DNA of 63,984 nucleotides, filler included, from Thelocarpon superellum (Eukaryota): NCBI GenBank assembly GCA_026025795.1. It is 3 parts of 3 records of this genome, joined end to end, with 100 filler letters (N's around TTAATTAATTAA, not from the genome) between each part and the next. Parts side by side here need not be neighbours in the genome. Positions count along the whole stretch, not along the records: positions 21,609 to 43,063 come from JAPEUG010000312.1; 2 more parts are not named here. One strand, 5' to 3'. Shown piece by piece: positions 23,094 to 34,354 of this stretch (position 1 is its first letter; each line of letters starts with the position of its first letter). The notes under the pieces were generated by a model. It saw only the letters and a program-made list of their open reading frames with translations, ran no database searches and was not told where the DNA came from. The position numbers and the translations under genes were made by a program.

Positions 23094-24539
23094 TCAATCC
23101 GAGCCCCCAATTTTCCTGGCCCAGTGCTCGCCGACTCGCATGCCCTCCACGACCTCCACGCCTTTACCCAGGCCCACCCGCTCCTCTTGCTGCCACCACC
23201 GCTGGTCACGGACGTCCGTCGGCCCGACGTCGTCCTCGCTGTCGACCAGGCCGCCGTGGCCCCCCTCGGCCCCGACGACCACCACCACCTGGCCCACCCA
23301 GCCCGAGATGTGCGCCACCACGTCGCCGTTGTCGCCGCACAGCGATTCCTGGAGATAGACGACGTCCGGCGCGATGTGGCGCAGCATGTGCACGTGGCCC
23401 GAGAGCGTCGTGAAGGGCATGATCATTGTCTCTTTCTCCACCAGCGTCGACGCCTCCGCGAATAAGGCCTGGTAGGAAGCCGTAGCAGTCGCCGTGGCGG
23501 ACGCGCGCGGCGTCTCGAGCCCCGATGGCGGCGAGGACATGGGCGCAGGGTCCATGGTCGTCAGTGGCCGCTCGGAGTCGTCGCCTGGCGTGCGTGCCTC
23601 GTCATGCCCGATGTTCGAGTAGGACGAGCCGATCGAATCGACGGGCCGTGTCGCGCTGGATCTTAGGTCCGGCGCGTAGATGAGCACAAAGAGGCGGGTG
23701 TGCTCGTGGTTCACGTGGGCGGGCAGATGTGACAGGATGGACTGCGACGGAAGGTCAGCACGGTGTGAAAAGATGGGAAGATGATCATCACGTACGGCGT
23801 CGTCGTGGTGGGAGCCGTCGTCATGACCCACGGGCGAGGAGCCGGATTCCGCCGACACGACGATGGCGACGGTCTTTCGCGTGGCGGCCGCGCCGGACGG
23901 TGCCGGCTCACGTCGGACATCGGTGGCCGAAGACGTGCCGCCCGCCGCCGCGACCCGGCGCGTCTCTGCTTCTTCAGACCACCGCGAGTGATCGACGTAA
24001 TCATCCCGCCCCTCTTCCCGGATCGACGACAACGCCCCGCCCACGACAGCGCCGGCCGCGGCCACGCCGGCAGCGACCTGTTTGCTGGCGCTGCTGAAGA
24101 TCTGCTGCGGGCTGGGCGTCCTCCGGATCGCGCCCGACATGCGAGCCATCACGCTGCCCGACGCCTCGTCGGCTGCGCGCGCATCTGTGCCGCTCGCATA
24201 GGCGCCGGGAGGACCCGGGGGACCTGGTGGGCCGGGTGGGCCGGGTGGGCCTGAAGAGGGTCCGCCAAAAGCAGATGGAGGCGGCCCGCCAAAGCCAGGT
24301 TGAGAGGGTCCGCCAAACCCGGGCGGAGGTGGCCCACCAAACGTGGGTGGCGGGCCGTTGTTGGGACGGTCATCGTACTCGTCATCATCGCCGTCGCGAC
24401 GCTCGCTCCAGATCCAGGCTGCGATGCCGGCCGTGGCGATGGTTGCGGTCAAAATGAGTGGCACCCAGTACCCCAGATAACTCCGTCCTCCGGTCTGCCG
24501 GGCCGTGCGCCGCTCCACGCGCTCGTAGCTATAGGACAT
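23094..24539 (-). CDS. Pex22-like peroxisomal membrane protein (filamentous-fungal type)
   Basis: N-terminal TM GYWVPLILTATIATAGIAAWIWSER; conserved-looking blocks SILSHLP, LFVLIYAP, IMPFTT, HMLRHIAPDVVYLQESL and VVVVGAEGGHGGLVDSEDD. 54-bp in-frame intron at ~23795-23742. Confidence 0.7.
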   Translation of the reverse strand: MSYSYERVERRTARQTGGRSYLGYWVPLILTATIATAGIAAWIWSERRDGDDDEYDDRPNNGPPPTFGGPPPPGFGGPSQPGFGGPPPSAFGGPSSGPPGPPGPPGPPGPPGAYASGTDARAADEASGSVMARMSGAIRRTPSPQQIFSSASKQVAAGVAAAGAVVGGALSSIREEGRDDYVDHSRWSEEAETRRVAAAGGTSSATDVRREPAPSGAAATRKTVAIVVSAESGSSPVGHDDGSHHDDAVRDDHLPIFSHRADLPSQSILSHLPAHVNHEHTRLFVLIYAPDLRSSATRPVDSIGSSYSNIGHDEARTPGDDSERPLTTMDPAPMSSPPSGLETPRASATATATASYQALFAEASTLVEKETMIMPFTTLSGHVHMLRHIAPDVVYLQESLCGDNGDVVAHISGWVGQVVVVVGAEGGHGGLVDSEDDVGPTDVRDQRWWQQEERVGLGKGVEVVEGMRVGEHWARKIGGSD

Positions 24540-25641
24540 GTCGACCCGCGCTGATCCGAATCGTCCACGACACTACCTCAGGTGGGCCGCATGTACAGCG
24601 CACGCATGCGAGTCGTGGCAGTGAGAAGGAGACGGATGCACGGATCAGTTGATGATGGGTGATGGCGATGGCGATGGCGATGGGTCGCCTGCTCGCTCGG
24701 GTCGCGGTGTTGGCGCTGGCCGAGGCGTGTGGCTGGGTTCCCGGGCCCGGGTCGTTTGTTTATGGTGGGGGCGCGCCAAGGACCAATGGCGAGGAAGCGA
24801 GACAGAGGCTCCTGGTGGTAACGTAACTATAGATGTACGAAGAACCAGGACCTGGTTGGGAAGGACTGACCTGTTATCACGTGATACTTTGTCTGTCTCT
24901 GTGATGTCGTGCAGGCTGGAAACGGTAGAGATTGATATCGTGTCAGTGATTCCAACAACGCCACTGATAGTAGTACTGGTAGTAGTAGTAATAATAATGT
25001 CCTGCTTAGATCCGCCCTTACTGATGATGTAGGAGCCCTTAGAGCAGCATTTCCCACTGTCCTTTGCCGTGACCAATCGCCAATTTGGTTATCTTCCAGC
25101 AGCGCCCAAAGGATCATGGCGATCACGTGAGTAATCGCAACGCCTGGCTGTCTATCATCCTTCTGGCTTCCTAGATTTGGAACTATCATTGTCTTACCTT
25201 GGAAGTCATGGGGAGCGCATAAGCTGCATCATGGATTTCCTTTCATCTACAGCCTGTCCAGGCGATGCTGGGTCTCAAATATCCCGGGGTTCCTCATGGA
25301 AGTTTTGGGTTCGCTAACTTCTGTCGTTTCGTTGAATAATGCGTCCCAATTATTTAAATATTTAAATATCAATTTAGTATAGTGACTCTTACGGCACGTT
25401 CCACTACGAAACGGGTTAAGGCCCCAAATGATCTGTCATAACTTATACATTGCTGAAGTGACCGCACAGACGCCCACTGGAGCTCCCCAAAGGTATCGCC
25501 CCGTTGGTCCTTGCTGGTGTTCAGACTCTTCACCTGCTGCATGTACATGTAGTTCGATAAGCCCCGTCAAATCCGTCACGGAAACGTCTGCCATTGATTG
25601 CCCTGGTAGCTTCCTTCTCAAACCCTCTACCTCTGCCAGGC

Positions 25642-27723
25642 ATGCCGCACGCACAGTCAAACATCTCGTCGGGGTTCCAGGCTCTCATCTTATGTGGTCC
25701 CGGCGTCTCCCTTAACACATTTACCTCCAACCAAGATGTGTCGCCCAAAGCACTGCTACCGGTCGCCAATCGGCCCATGGTTTGGTACCCGCTGGAATGG
25801 TGTTATCGGATGGGAATCTCTCGTGAGTGGCCGCAGCATTACGCGTTGCAGTATCTTGGCTTCAACATGTTCCGGCCCTACCTACCATCCGGCGTTCGAA
25901 CGAAAGCATCCAGGACATCGGAGAAGTCCGTAGTGCTGCCGGTCATCACCGACAATATCCTATGAACAACCTGATGACCGTCGAGCTTTCGATTGGGGTG
26001 CGCTTGTCATCTCGTCGTCTCGTTGTCTCGTCGTCTCGTTGTCTCGTCGTCTCATCCGATCTTTCCTTGAACTTTCCCCACATGTTGCGATGACGGGAAG
26101 TGAGAGCCTAATGCGTCATCCTCCCAGAGATACACCTTGTCACCCCGCCCATCTCTGCCGCGGCCCTCGAAGCGGCATTGGCCACCAATCCCCACCTGAC
26201 CTCTCTGCCGCATCCCAAGCCTGATGTGCTTGCACCGGCGGATCTCTCCCAGAACACCGGCACGGCAGCTCTCCTCCGCCTGCCAGAGGTGCAAGCCGTC
26301 ATCACAGGCGACTTCATCGTCTTGCCCTGTGATGTGCTCTGCGAGCTGAGCGGCGAGAGCCTCCTGGAGGCGTGGATGATCCAGCATGCCGCCCTGGGAG
26401 CAGCGCCGCGCGCTCTCACACACGGCCAGCCGTCGAATCCACTGGGCGGCGAACGGACGGGTCGGCGAGGGGGCTTGGGCGTCTGGTACGACACCAAAGG
26501 CATCGAGAATGTCAAGACGCCAGAAACCGATTTCATCATGACCGCGCCCTGGGCCCGCGACCTTCCTCCCACTGCCTCTGGCGCCCTGCTCCCGCACATT
26601 GCCAATCTCGTCTACACGGTGCCAACCGACACGTTGAAGGACATCACGGAGCAACAAAAGTCGCTTCCCATCCGACACGCCTTGATCCGCACCCATGCCG
26701 CCGTGAAAATGCGCACCACATATCGAGACGCCCACATCTACTTCTTCCCCTACTGGACCTTGGAGATGATCCGACGGAACGAGATCTTTGACAGCATTAG
26801 CGAAGATGTCATCGGATGGTGGGCCAAGGCGGGATGGCAAGAGGGTCTGGCCGACAAGCTAGGCCTGCGACCTCTCTTCCAACGCGTCAGCCACCCGGAT
26901 GGCGAAGAGGTTGTGCAAGGCAGTGAGCAGCCAAAGGCGGAGATCGATCTCGGGAGCATGAGCACAACTTGGACCTCGACCGTGAACGCGCAGCACGGAG
27001 CGGGGGAGAAGGATCGGACGGCGTCGACCAAGCTCGCCTCACGGACACACCGCGTGGATGCGCCCGCCGCCCGCGCGCCCGACGAGGCCCAACGAGGAGG
27101 TAGGGCGGTGATTCCGCCGATGTTGGCCTATGTCCAACCCTCGCTGCCGACGCGTCCCATGATCCGCCGCTGCGACACGACACCGCTCTTGCTGGCGCTG
27201 TCGCTGCAGCTCGCCAAGCTGTCCGCTCTCGACGCCGACGACGCCACGACCCACCATCCGCATGCCCACAAGGCTAAGATTGCCGACCGCTCCGGCGTTG
27301 CCGCCCGGAGCACCGTCACCACAGCCGACTGCCTGCTGGGCGAGAACGTGATGGTGGAGGAGAAATGCGTCATCAAAGAGTCCGTCCTCGGCGCCGGCTG
27401 CAAAGTCGAGAGCGGGGCGCGTTTGACTCGATGTCTGCTTATGGACGGTGTTGTCGTGGGCGAGAAGGCACAACTCAGCGGGTGCGTCCTGGGCACCAGG
27501 TGTGCCGTAGGTAAAGAAGCCGTCTTGCGCGACTGCGAGGTGCAGGAAGCCTACGCCGTGCCCGAGAAGAGTGAGTCGAGCCATCGTCGGAAGATGGCCG
27601 GCGCGTTACCACTTGGCTGACCGCGGGGCCACAGGCGATGCCAAAAACGAAAAGTTCATGATGTTTGAAGGCCTCGAGGACGACGAGCCAGAGGAAGCGG
27701 TGGGGGATGTCTCGGACAGCTGA
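25642..27723 (+). CDS. GCD1: Translation initiation factor eIF2B subunit gamma
   Basis: GFQALILCGPG...PKALLPVANRPMVWYPL, DFIVLPCD, and C-terminal left-handed beta-helix hexapeptides (CLLGENVMVEEKCVIKESVLG). Introns at ~25824-26128 and ~27571-27634; stop TGA at 27721-27723. Confidence 0.93.
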
Positions 27724-30700
27724 TTGCGCTGGCACGACAACAATGCGTCTCCTGTCATGAGGACGAGGGATCCAAGACCTGGCGGTCGTAGATCCGACGA
27801 TCCATACGTGACCCAACTACCGGGTCCCGGCCTGACTTGCTTCCTTTCCATACCGCTCGCTCCTCGTCGCGCCGTGTGGTCCGTCATGTTCGACTTCACC
27901 GCCGTCGTGGGGCGACCCTCGCAGGTATCCAGTCCGGTGGGGCCTGGCACCTGGTGGAAACTGCTGCGCGCACCCTCGACTCCACCACCGAATAGTAGAC
28001 ACTGATCGTGCTCGAAGGCACCCTACGCTACTTTGGATATCCACGCTGATACCATAGGGACCAATCCAGGCCACCTACTCAGTAAACGGGCAGCGCTCCA
28101 TACGCGGTGCTAATGTGCCGCTGAGGATGGTCGTCAGTCCTGGCCATGGAGGGCCGTGCGCGGATCAGCTTCCGTCGGGTTGTAACAGGGTGCTTGCAGC
28201 TCGGTCGATGCTGGTCTCATCACCGGCATCGTTCCTGGAGATGTCGTCCAACGCCCATCGTCTGGGCTGTGCCACTGCGTTGTCGTCTGACCGGCGCCAG
28301 GAGAGACAAAGACGTTGATGGCGGATGCAGATGCTAGCCCATTCGAGGAAAAGGGCGGCAACGGGGGTACTTTTTATGCTCGGGTGAACATACCCCCCGA
28401 CCCATTCCTGGACCCTTACGTCCAGATTGCAATGGACCGCAGTCGGATCCCTCATCGTCTCCCGTCACCCGGCGGAGCGTGCAGCATGTCTCCACTGGTC
28501 GAAGCTTATCCCACTCGACCCATCCTCCATCGGTACTGGGGAAGCCCTCGGTAGATTTTGGCCGAGGCAGAATGACCCACCAGTCAGCGCCTGCAACGCC
28601 CGCGCGGGGCTCCCGCAGCACTCGGCGCAGGCTGCCATGCAAGTGCAACCGTGAGATGCATTGGAGAGAGTCGGCGACGCGGGACGCACGGATGGTGTCG
28701 ACATCTACGATCACTCCCACCAGACTGCCCTTGGCTCTCCCTCTCTTACCGTCGATCCTTCGCCCCGCTTCAGTCCACCTTAGCGCAGCAAGAGGACGAT
28801 CGACACCGACCGTGACCGGCCACGGTGTCACGGGCGGCGGTCGAGATCCTGGACCGAGAGGCCGAGAGGTCGAAGGGGGGCGGCGGGTCGCTGGCGCGCC
28901 GCCAGCGCCTCGGGGCGGCGGTATGGGCCGCAATGCGAGAGGCATGGAGATGGTGTGATGCGCAGTTTGCACCATCGTGGCCGACTTGGGACAGACGCAT
29001 CGTGAAGGCGACGATGATGGCGCCAGCACCGACCACGAACCTCATGAACCGGGTTTCAGACTGGCCAGTGCGATGGTGGGCCGCCACTCGCTCGTGAGCG
29101 GAAGTTGATGATGCCGATGGGGTGCGCGCCACCATGCCGAAAGCGGATCGGGCTTGGGTCGTGGTGGTGGTGGGGAGCGTCAGCGCGCCCATGGAGCCTT
29201 GTGAGGCGGCATTCCCACCAGACGCCACTAATCTTACGCCCCGGACGATGGCGACATCGTTGCATGGCGGAAGGGAGTGTGACCGTCATCACCCGGCCAT
29301 GGCCCTACCCCCGGATCGAGGCTGGGCAGATCGGAATGTGGGCCCCGTATGAGGCAAGACTTGATGGACGGGACCGCGGTGACCATATCACGGCAGTCGA
29401 CGCCGCAACTGCCGTGAGCGCCGTCGATGCGCTTGACTTGACTTGGTCGATCCCAGACGAGTATCGTCAAGACCTTCTCCGAGGATGCCATCAAGCCCGA
29501 TGGATGTAGATCCTTGCAGCGCTGACCGCGCATGAAAAAAAACGAGCTTTGCCCGGAGCGGACGACATCGGGCCCTCATCGCAGCGCGTCGGTCGCCATC
29601 GTCGGCGCATGATGGGTGGCAGCGGGCAAGGCAAGGCGAGACATCCTTCGACCAAGGCGCCGAACATCGACAATCTGAAACAGCATCTACGCTGCCAAGG
29701 GTATCTCTAACCGCGCGGTCGCCAAGACCCACCTTTCTGTCCGTCACGTCGTACGCCTAGGCTAAGAGTCTCGACAAGGGCCCAGCTCCGGCCGTCGCTG
29801 CATCGTATGATTTGGCCCTCCCCCTTCTCTCCCGCCTGCCCGGCCAACCCCCCCCCTCCCCATCATCGTGGCATCCCGACTTTCACCGGCGGGTGATACA
29901 GCCAACGTCTTTTCCGCATTGGGAACCTGATCGGATTGTTGAGGGTGCACCGAGTACGGCGCGATGAAGCTAAGCTGGCCTTGGTTTGCTGGCGCCTGCA
30001 GGGTCTGGGATGGAGCTGTCGTGTAACCCCACCGACCAGGGATACCCGAAGCGGAGCAGCCAAACGGTGGAGCCTGGGACCAATGAGCGACGCCGCCTCG
30101 ATCAGCGGTCCGACGCAAGCGTCCGGCGACGCATTCCACGCCGAGGCTGGGACCCCCGACTCCAATGGCCTGCTGAGCGCTCGGCCCTGGGTGCTCGACG
30201 CTGGGTGGCGGGCCAGGCGTCGCGTCGTCACCTCATTCTCCACCCAGTGGGTCGCGCCGGGGCTGTTGTGATGACTGGCCCACCTCTCCCTCTCAGATGA
30301 CGCACGGCCTGGACGTGCCGCCACTGCCGGGCACTGCCGTGCCGTGGTCTGGCGCATGCCGAACCGGGCCCTGCAAGCTCCGGGACGGTTGATCGTCGGC
30401 TTGGCGCGGGCTGACGACTGGGCTGACGCAGGAACCATCCGTCCGACCAGGATCCGGCCGATCCCATGACTGATGAGTCGCGATGCGCGATGCTGCGATG
30501 CGGTGGGCCCACTGGCCTCTGCGGAGTGCATATTGTCACCGCGCCGATCGTGCAGAAAGCGACCGCGTCCTCATAGCCTTGGTGTGGGTATCGTCCGCGT
30601 CCGCGTCCGCGTCCTCGTCCGCCTCGCCCTCGTACGGGGCGCCGGTCGCGCAGGAGTAGGAGGATGCGAGTCAGCGATCAAGCGGGAGGATTACACGGCG

Positions 30701-32067
30701 CCCCTTGGCGCATTCCGAGGCCGAGCCAATGGCGGCATGGGGGCGGCCAGGGTAAACAACGGGCATGCAAAGGTGCGAGCGCCAGGCCGTGAGAGGCTAC
30801 GGTGGGAGACATCCCCCGCGACTGGCACGCGGGGCTGTCGGCATTCCTGCTGGGGCGCTGCGGCGCTGCAGCAGCACCGACTGCGGTGGCGCTTCCGACG
30901 CCGCATGACTCTTCATCGGCGCTAGCCAGAAGTCGATGGTCGATGTCTCGATGGGACGGCCGTGGGTGGTCGCCCTTTGCCCCCTCCCCCGTCCCCCCTC
31001 CCCCTCCCCCGGTCCCCCCGTCCCCCGGTCCCCCCATCCCTCTCTCGGCGCGTCGTTCGCCGCGGCAGCCTGCCAGCCGGGGCGTTGACTCGCCGTGCAG
31101 GTCGACCCGCGCAGGTCCAACGTGCCCCCCTTCAGATGTCCCACCCGTCGCCGCTTGTTGTGCACAAGCGTCGCAGGTCGCCTCTGCTGCTCCGTCTCGC
31201 CCATGGATGCGGCTGCAAGGCACCCGCAGAGTGGAGCAACGCTTGACAGTCGTTGACAGTGGTCCGTGAACGCACGGCCCGGCCACCCAGCCAGGCGGCA
31301 GCGCAACGGTGGAGAGTCATGCTCGCGGCAGGCTCGAACGACCTCACGGCGGTGGTGGGGGTGGTGCAGACGAAGGGTGGTGTTGGGCGGGCGACATTCT
31401 TTAAGACACACGCTACCCGTTCCAGCCGTCGGGGCCTGCAGGGCGTGGCCGAGGAGGCTTCGGCCGCCATCGCCATCGGCCTCGGATGAGGTTGGATCCA
31501 CCCACACATCCCAGTATTTTCCGGACTCGTTCTCGCCGCGGTGCCGTCGCGGGCCCGACGGTCATCTGGCCGTGTGGTTGAAGAGCGAGGTGTCCCCAGC
31601 ATACATTCCCCGGACCTTGCCTTGCCTGGTCCACCTCACTCCATACGGCGCGTCCGCTGAGCACGATCGACCGACCGCCCGACCCTTTGCGCCGGCTGGG
31701 TGTGGATGACGTGGTGAGGCAAGAGGAAACGGGGAGTGCCGTGGATGCCGTCGAGCATCTGAGCCACCTTCAAAACCAGCGGCGTCTCCTTTGCTTCCAT
31801 CGGCATTGCCTCTGACCCGTTTCATCACCTTGCGGCGCCGTTCCTCCATCGCCCGCAGCGCGTCCGTCGGTGACGCCTCTTCGCCCCACGTCCCGAGCTG
31901 AGAGGGCTTCGCCGACGCGTGCTCTTCAACACCCGCACCAGCACCAGCCCCAGCCCCAGCACAGCTGCTCCTCCTTCGTCCATCTTCGCCACTCCTCCTC
32001 GCGCGGGCGACGGCGGCCGTCGTTGTGGTCGAGCGGAGGACGAGCGTGGGGTCCACTGAGCGCGCAC
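27724..32067 (+). promoter_or_regulatory. Long gene-free upstream region of the BrlA-like factor with multiple CATTCY sites
   Basis: No credible CDS in ~4.3 kb. CATTCY on + at 28403, 29210, 30132, 30234, 30711, 30842, 31395 and 31604, and on - at 28569 and 29333. Confidence 0.5.
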
Positions 32068-33159
32068 ATGATGAACGCACATCTCGACCCGGACGGCCAG
32101 GGTGCTGCGGCGCCGCCCTTCCACGGCGGCAGCTTCCCGTCCACTCCCTCTCCGACCTCCCTCTACCGCCGGCCGTCGGTGGTGTCGTCGTGCTCGTGGG
32201 AGAACGGGCTGTCGAGCTACTCGTCGGAGATGTCGCTACAATCGCCCACGACGCCGCAGGCGGATGACGCGACCTCGCCCCACGGCTTGTACATCCCGGA
32301 TAGCCAGCAGCTCTTCCCGGCCATAGGTACCACGGACGTGCCGTCGCTGCCCGGCTTCCCTTCGTCCTATCCGGTCGGGCCGGAGCGGGCGGATCCATAC
32401 CCGCCCAAGGATTTCCTCATATCGCAGCTGCTGAACCCACCGACCTTCTCTGGCTTCGATGACATGACCATGTCATCAGGGCCGGAGACGACGGGGGCGT
32501 CGCAGCAGCATCCTCTCTACGAGGTGCCGTCCTACAAACTGGAGGCGACGCCGTCCTTTTACGATCTCTCGTCGTCCATGGACCCGTGGTCATCCTCGCC
32601 ACCCCAGCCCGGGCCGGCACACGGGTCGACGGTGATGCCGGCGCAGATCTTGACGGGGCCGCGGACGCCGCAGGGCGACGGCCGGCACGGGTCGATGGGG
32701 TCGCTGCCCGGCAGTGCCAAGTCCCGCTCGTCGGAGGAGCTGTTGACCTACTATCCCTTCACGACGCCGTCGCCGAGCGTCAGCGCCAGTGGGGAGCTGC
32801 CGGGCTGGAGCCGGCCGTCGACGTGCGCGGGAAACTCGTCGGAGCCGTCGACGCCGACCCGTCGCGCGACGCGACCCAAGGCGCGCAGCGCGGTGCCGAA
32901 GAAGTGGGAGCCCCGATACATCTACCCGAAGAACGAGAAGAAGCACAAGTGCCGACACCCGGGCTGCAACGGCGCCTTCCAACGACAAGAGCATCTCAAG
33001 CGTCATGAAACCAGCCACACGGGCGACCGGCCGCATGAATGCCGGGTGGCTGGGTGCAAGTTCAAAGGATCGAGAAGCGATAACCTCAAGCAGCACATGA
33101 AGCGACATCGGATCCGCGGCGGACGCGTCAAGTACGTGCCGGACTTGGTCATCGACTAG
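32068..33159 (+). CDS. brlA: C2H2 zinc-finger transcription factor, BrlA-like
   Basis: Two fingers, HKCRHPGCNGAFQRQEHLKRHETSH and HECRVAGCKFKGSRSDNLKQHMKRH, followed by RGGRVKYV. N-terminal STPSPTSLY...SW motif. Intronless; first in-frame ATG at 32068. The C2H2 call is firm, but BrlA orthology is inferred. Confidence 0.72.
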   Translation: MMNAHLDPDGQGAAAPPFHGGSFPSTPSPTSLYRRPSVVSSCSWENGLSSYSSEMSLQSPTTPQADDATSPHGLYIPDSQQLFPAIGTTDVPSLPGFPSSYPVGPERADPYPPKDFLISQLLNPPTFSGFDDMTMSSGPETTGASQQHPLYEVPSYKLEATPSFYDLSSSMDPWSSSPPQPGPAHGSTVMPAQILTGPRTPQGDGRHGSMGSLPGSAKSRSSEELLTYYPFTTPSPSVSASGELPGWSRPSTCAGNSSEPSTPTRRATRPKARSAVPKKWEPRYIYPKNEKKHKCRHPGCNGAFQRQEHLKRHETSHTGDRPHECRVAGCKFKGSRSDNLKQHMKRHRIRGGRVKYVPDLVID

Positions 33160-33254
33160 GACGTCGCACAGGGCATCTCGAGCCTCGGCGTGCCAGGCAC
33201 GCGAGGGCGAGGGCACCGGCGAAGACGAGGGCAAAGGCCAGGGAAAAGCGACAA

Positions 33255-33329
33255 CGAGGGCAAGGGCAGGGGCGAGGGCAAGGGCGAGGGCAAGGGCGAG
33301 GGCAAGGGCGAGGGCAAGGGCGAGGGCAA
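33255..33329. repeat. (CGAGGGCAAGGG)n tandem repeat downstream of the BrlA-like gene
   Basis: About 12 GGG-containing hexamers, mostly alternating CGAGGG and CAAGGG. Confidence 0.9.
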
Positions 33330-34140
33330 TTGGGTGGAGGATCACGGTCGTGATGATGTCTCAATGCCGTACACGGCCATGGATTTCCCTTGTCTTGGGT
33401 CGGTGGTGGCGGTTTTGATCGGTCGCAATCATGCTGTGGCGTTTGAGTGGACTTGCCGCTGCATGTTGCAGGGAGGCGGACCAAAAGCCTCTACGCGTCG
33501 AACGGCATCGGGTCTTGGTGCTCGCGACCGAGATGTGTACCACCATGATGTTTGCTTCGTACGCGACTTACGCATTGCTATTTCATGGAGGTGGGTGGCA
33601 GTGGGGGGTGGGATAGATTTAATGCGATGCCTGCGTGTTCTGTCGAGATTCGGGCGTCGGGAGTCACGAGACATTCGACTGAGAGGGACGACATGGGACG
33701 ACAAGACACGAGGCGAGGCCGGCCGGTTCACCCAGATGCGACCTCTCCCGGCCTCTCCCATCTCATTCCGGACGCGTCCTGGGTACGGGTGCTGTGCTGG
33801 TAAGCTGTACGAACCCTAACCCTGACGAGTTTGCTGCGCCTTGCCTACTCTGCTGCCCTCGCCTCTCTCCTCCGACCACGTAGTTGATCTGTCCTGCACC
33901 CTCGATTCAACACATTATGATGGATCTTCTCGTCTACAGGACTACGTCCTCGTCTCCTGACCCCACTGACCGAGAGGCTCTCCACTAGACTTGCTCGTCG
34001 TAGTCGCGTCCCCCACGCCCTTTACAAGAGCCGCTCGTGGGGGATTCGTGTTGAATGAGTGGGTAGTCTGGAGCGTTGTCCATCGTATCAGCATCATGAA
34101 GCAGCCTGATTTCTTCACTGATGACTTGGCCGCCGATCCA

Positions 34141-34354
34141 GAGTGACTGGTACAAGTGCATGTGGAGGACGAGCAGAGCGACTGGTACAAGTGCATGTGG
34201 AGGACGAGCAGAGTGACTGGTACAAGTGCGTGTGGAGGACGAGCAGAGTGACTGGTACAAGTGCGTGTGGAGGACGAGCAGAGCGACTGGTACAAGTGCG
34301 TGTGGAGGACGAGCAGAGTGACTGGTACAAGTGCATGTGGAGGACGAGCAGAGT
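34141..34354. repeat. 35-bp tandem repeat, 6 copies (GAGYGACTGGTACAAGTGCRTGTGGAGGACGAGCA)
   Basis: Copies start at 34141, 34176, 34211, 34246, 34281 and 34316. Head-to-tail with no spacers; only two positions vary. Confidence 0.97.

Noticed and set aside
28100..31800. Many 100-280 aa ORFs upstream of the BrlA-like gene
   Set aside because: Arg/Gly/Pro/Ala-rich translations typical of random GC-rich DNA, with no domains or consistent codon bias. Small uORFs cannot be excluded.
34141..34354. CRISPR array (35-bp repeats)
   Set aside because: Units are directly adjacent with no unique spacers, there are no cas genes, and the context is eukaryotic.
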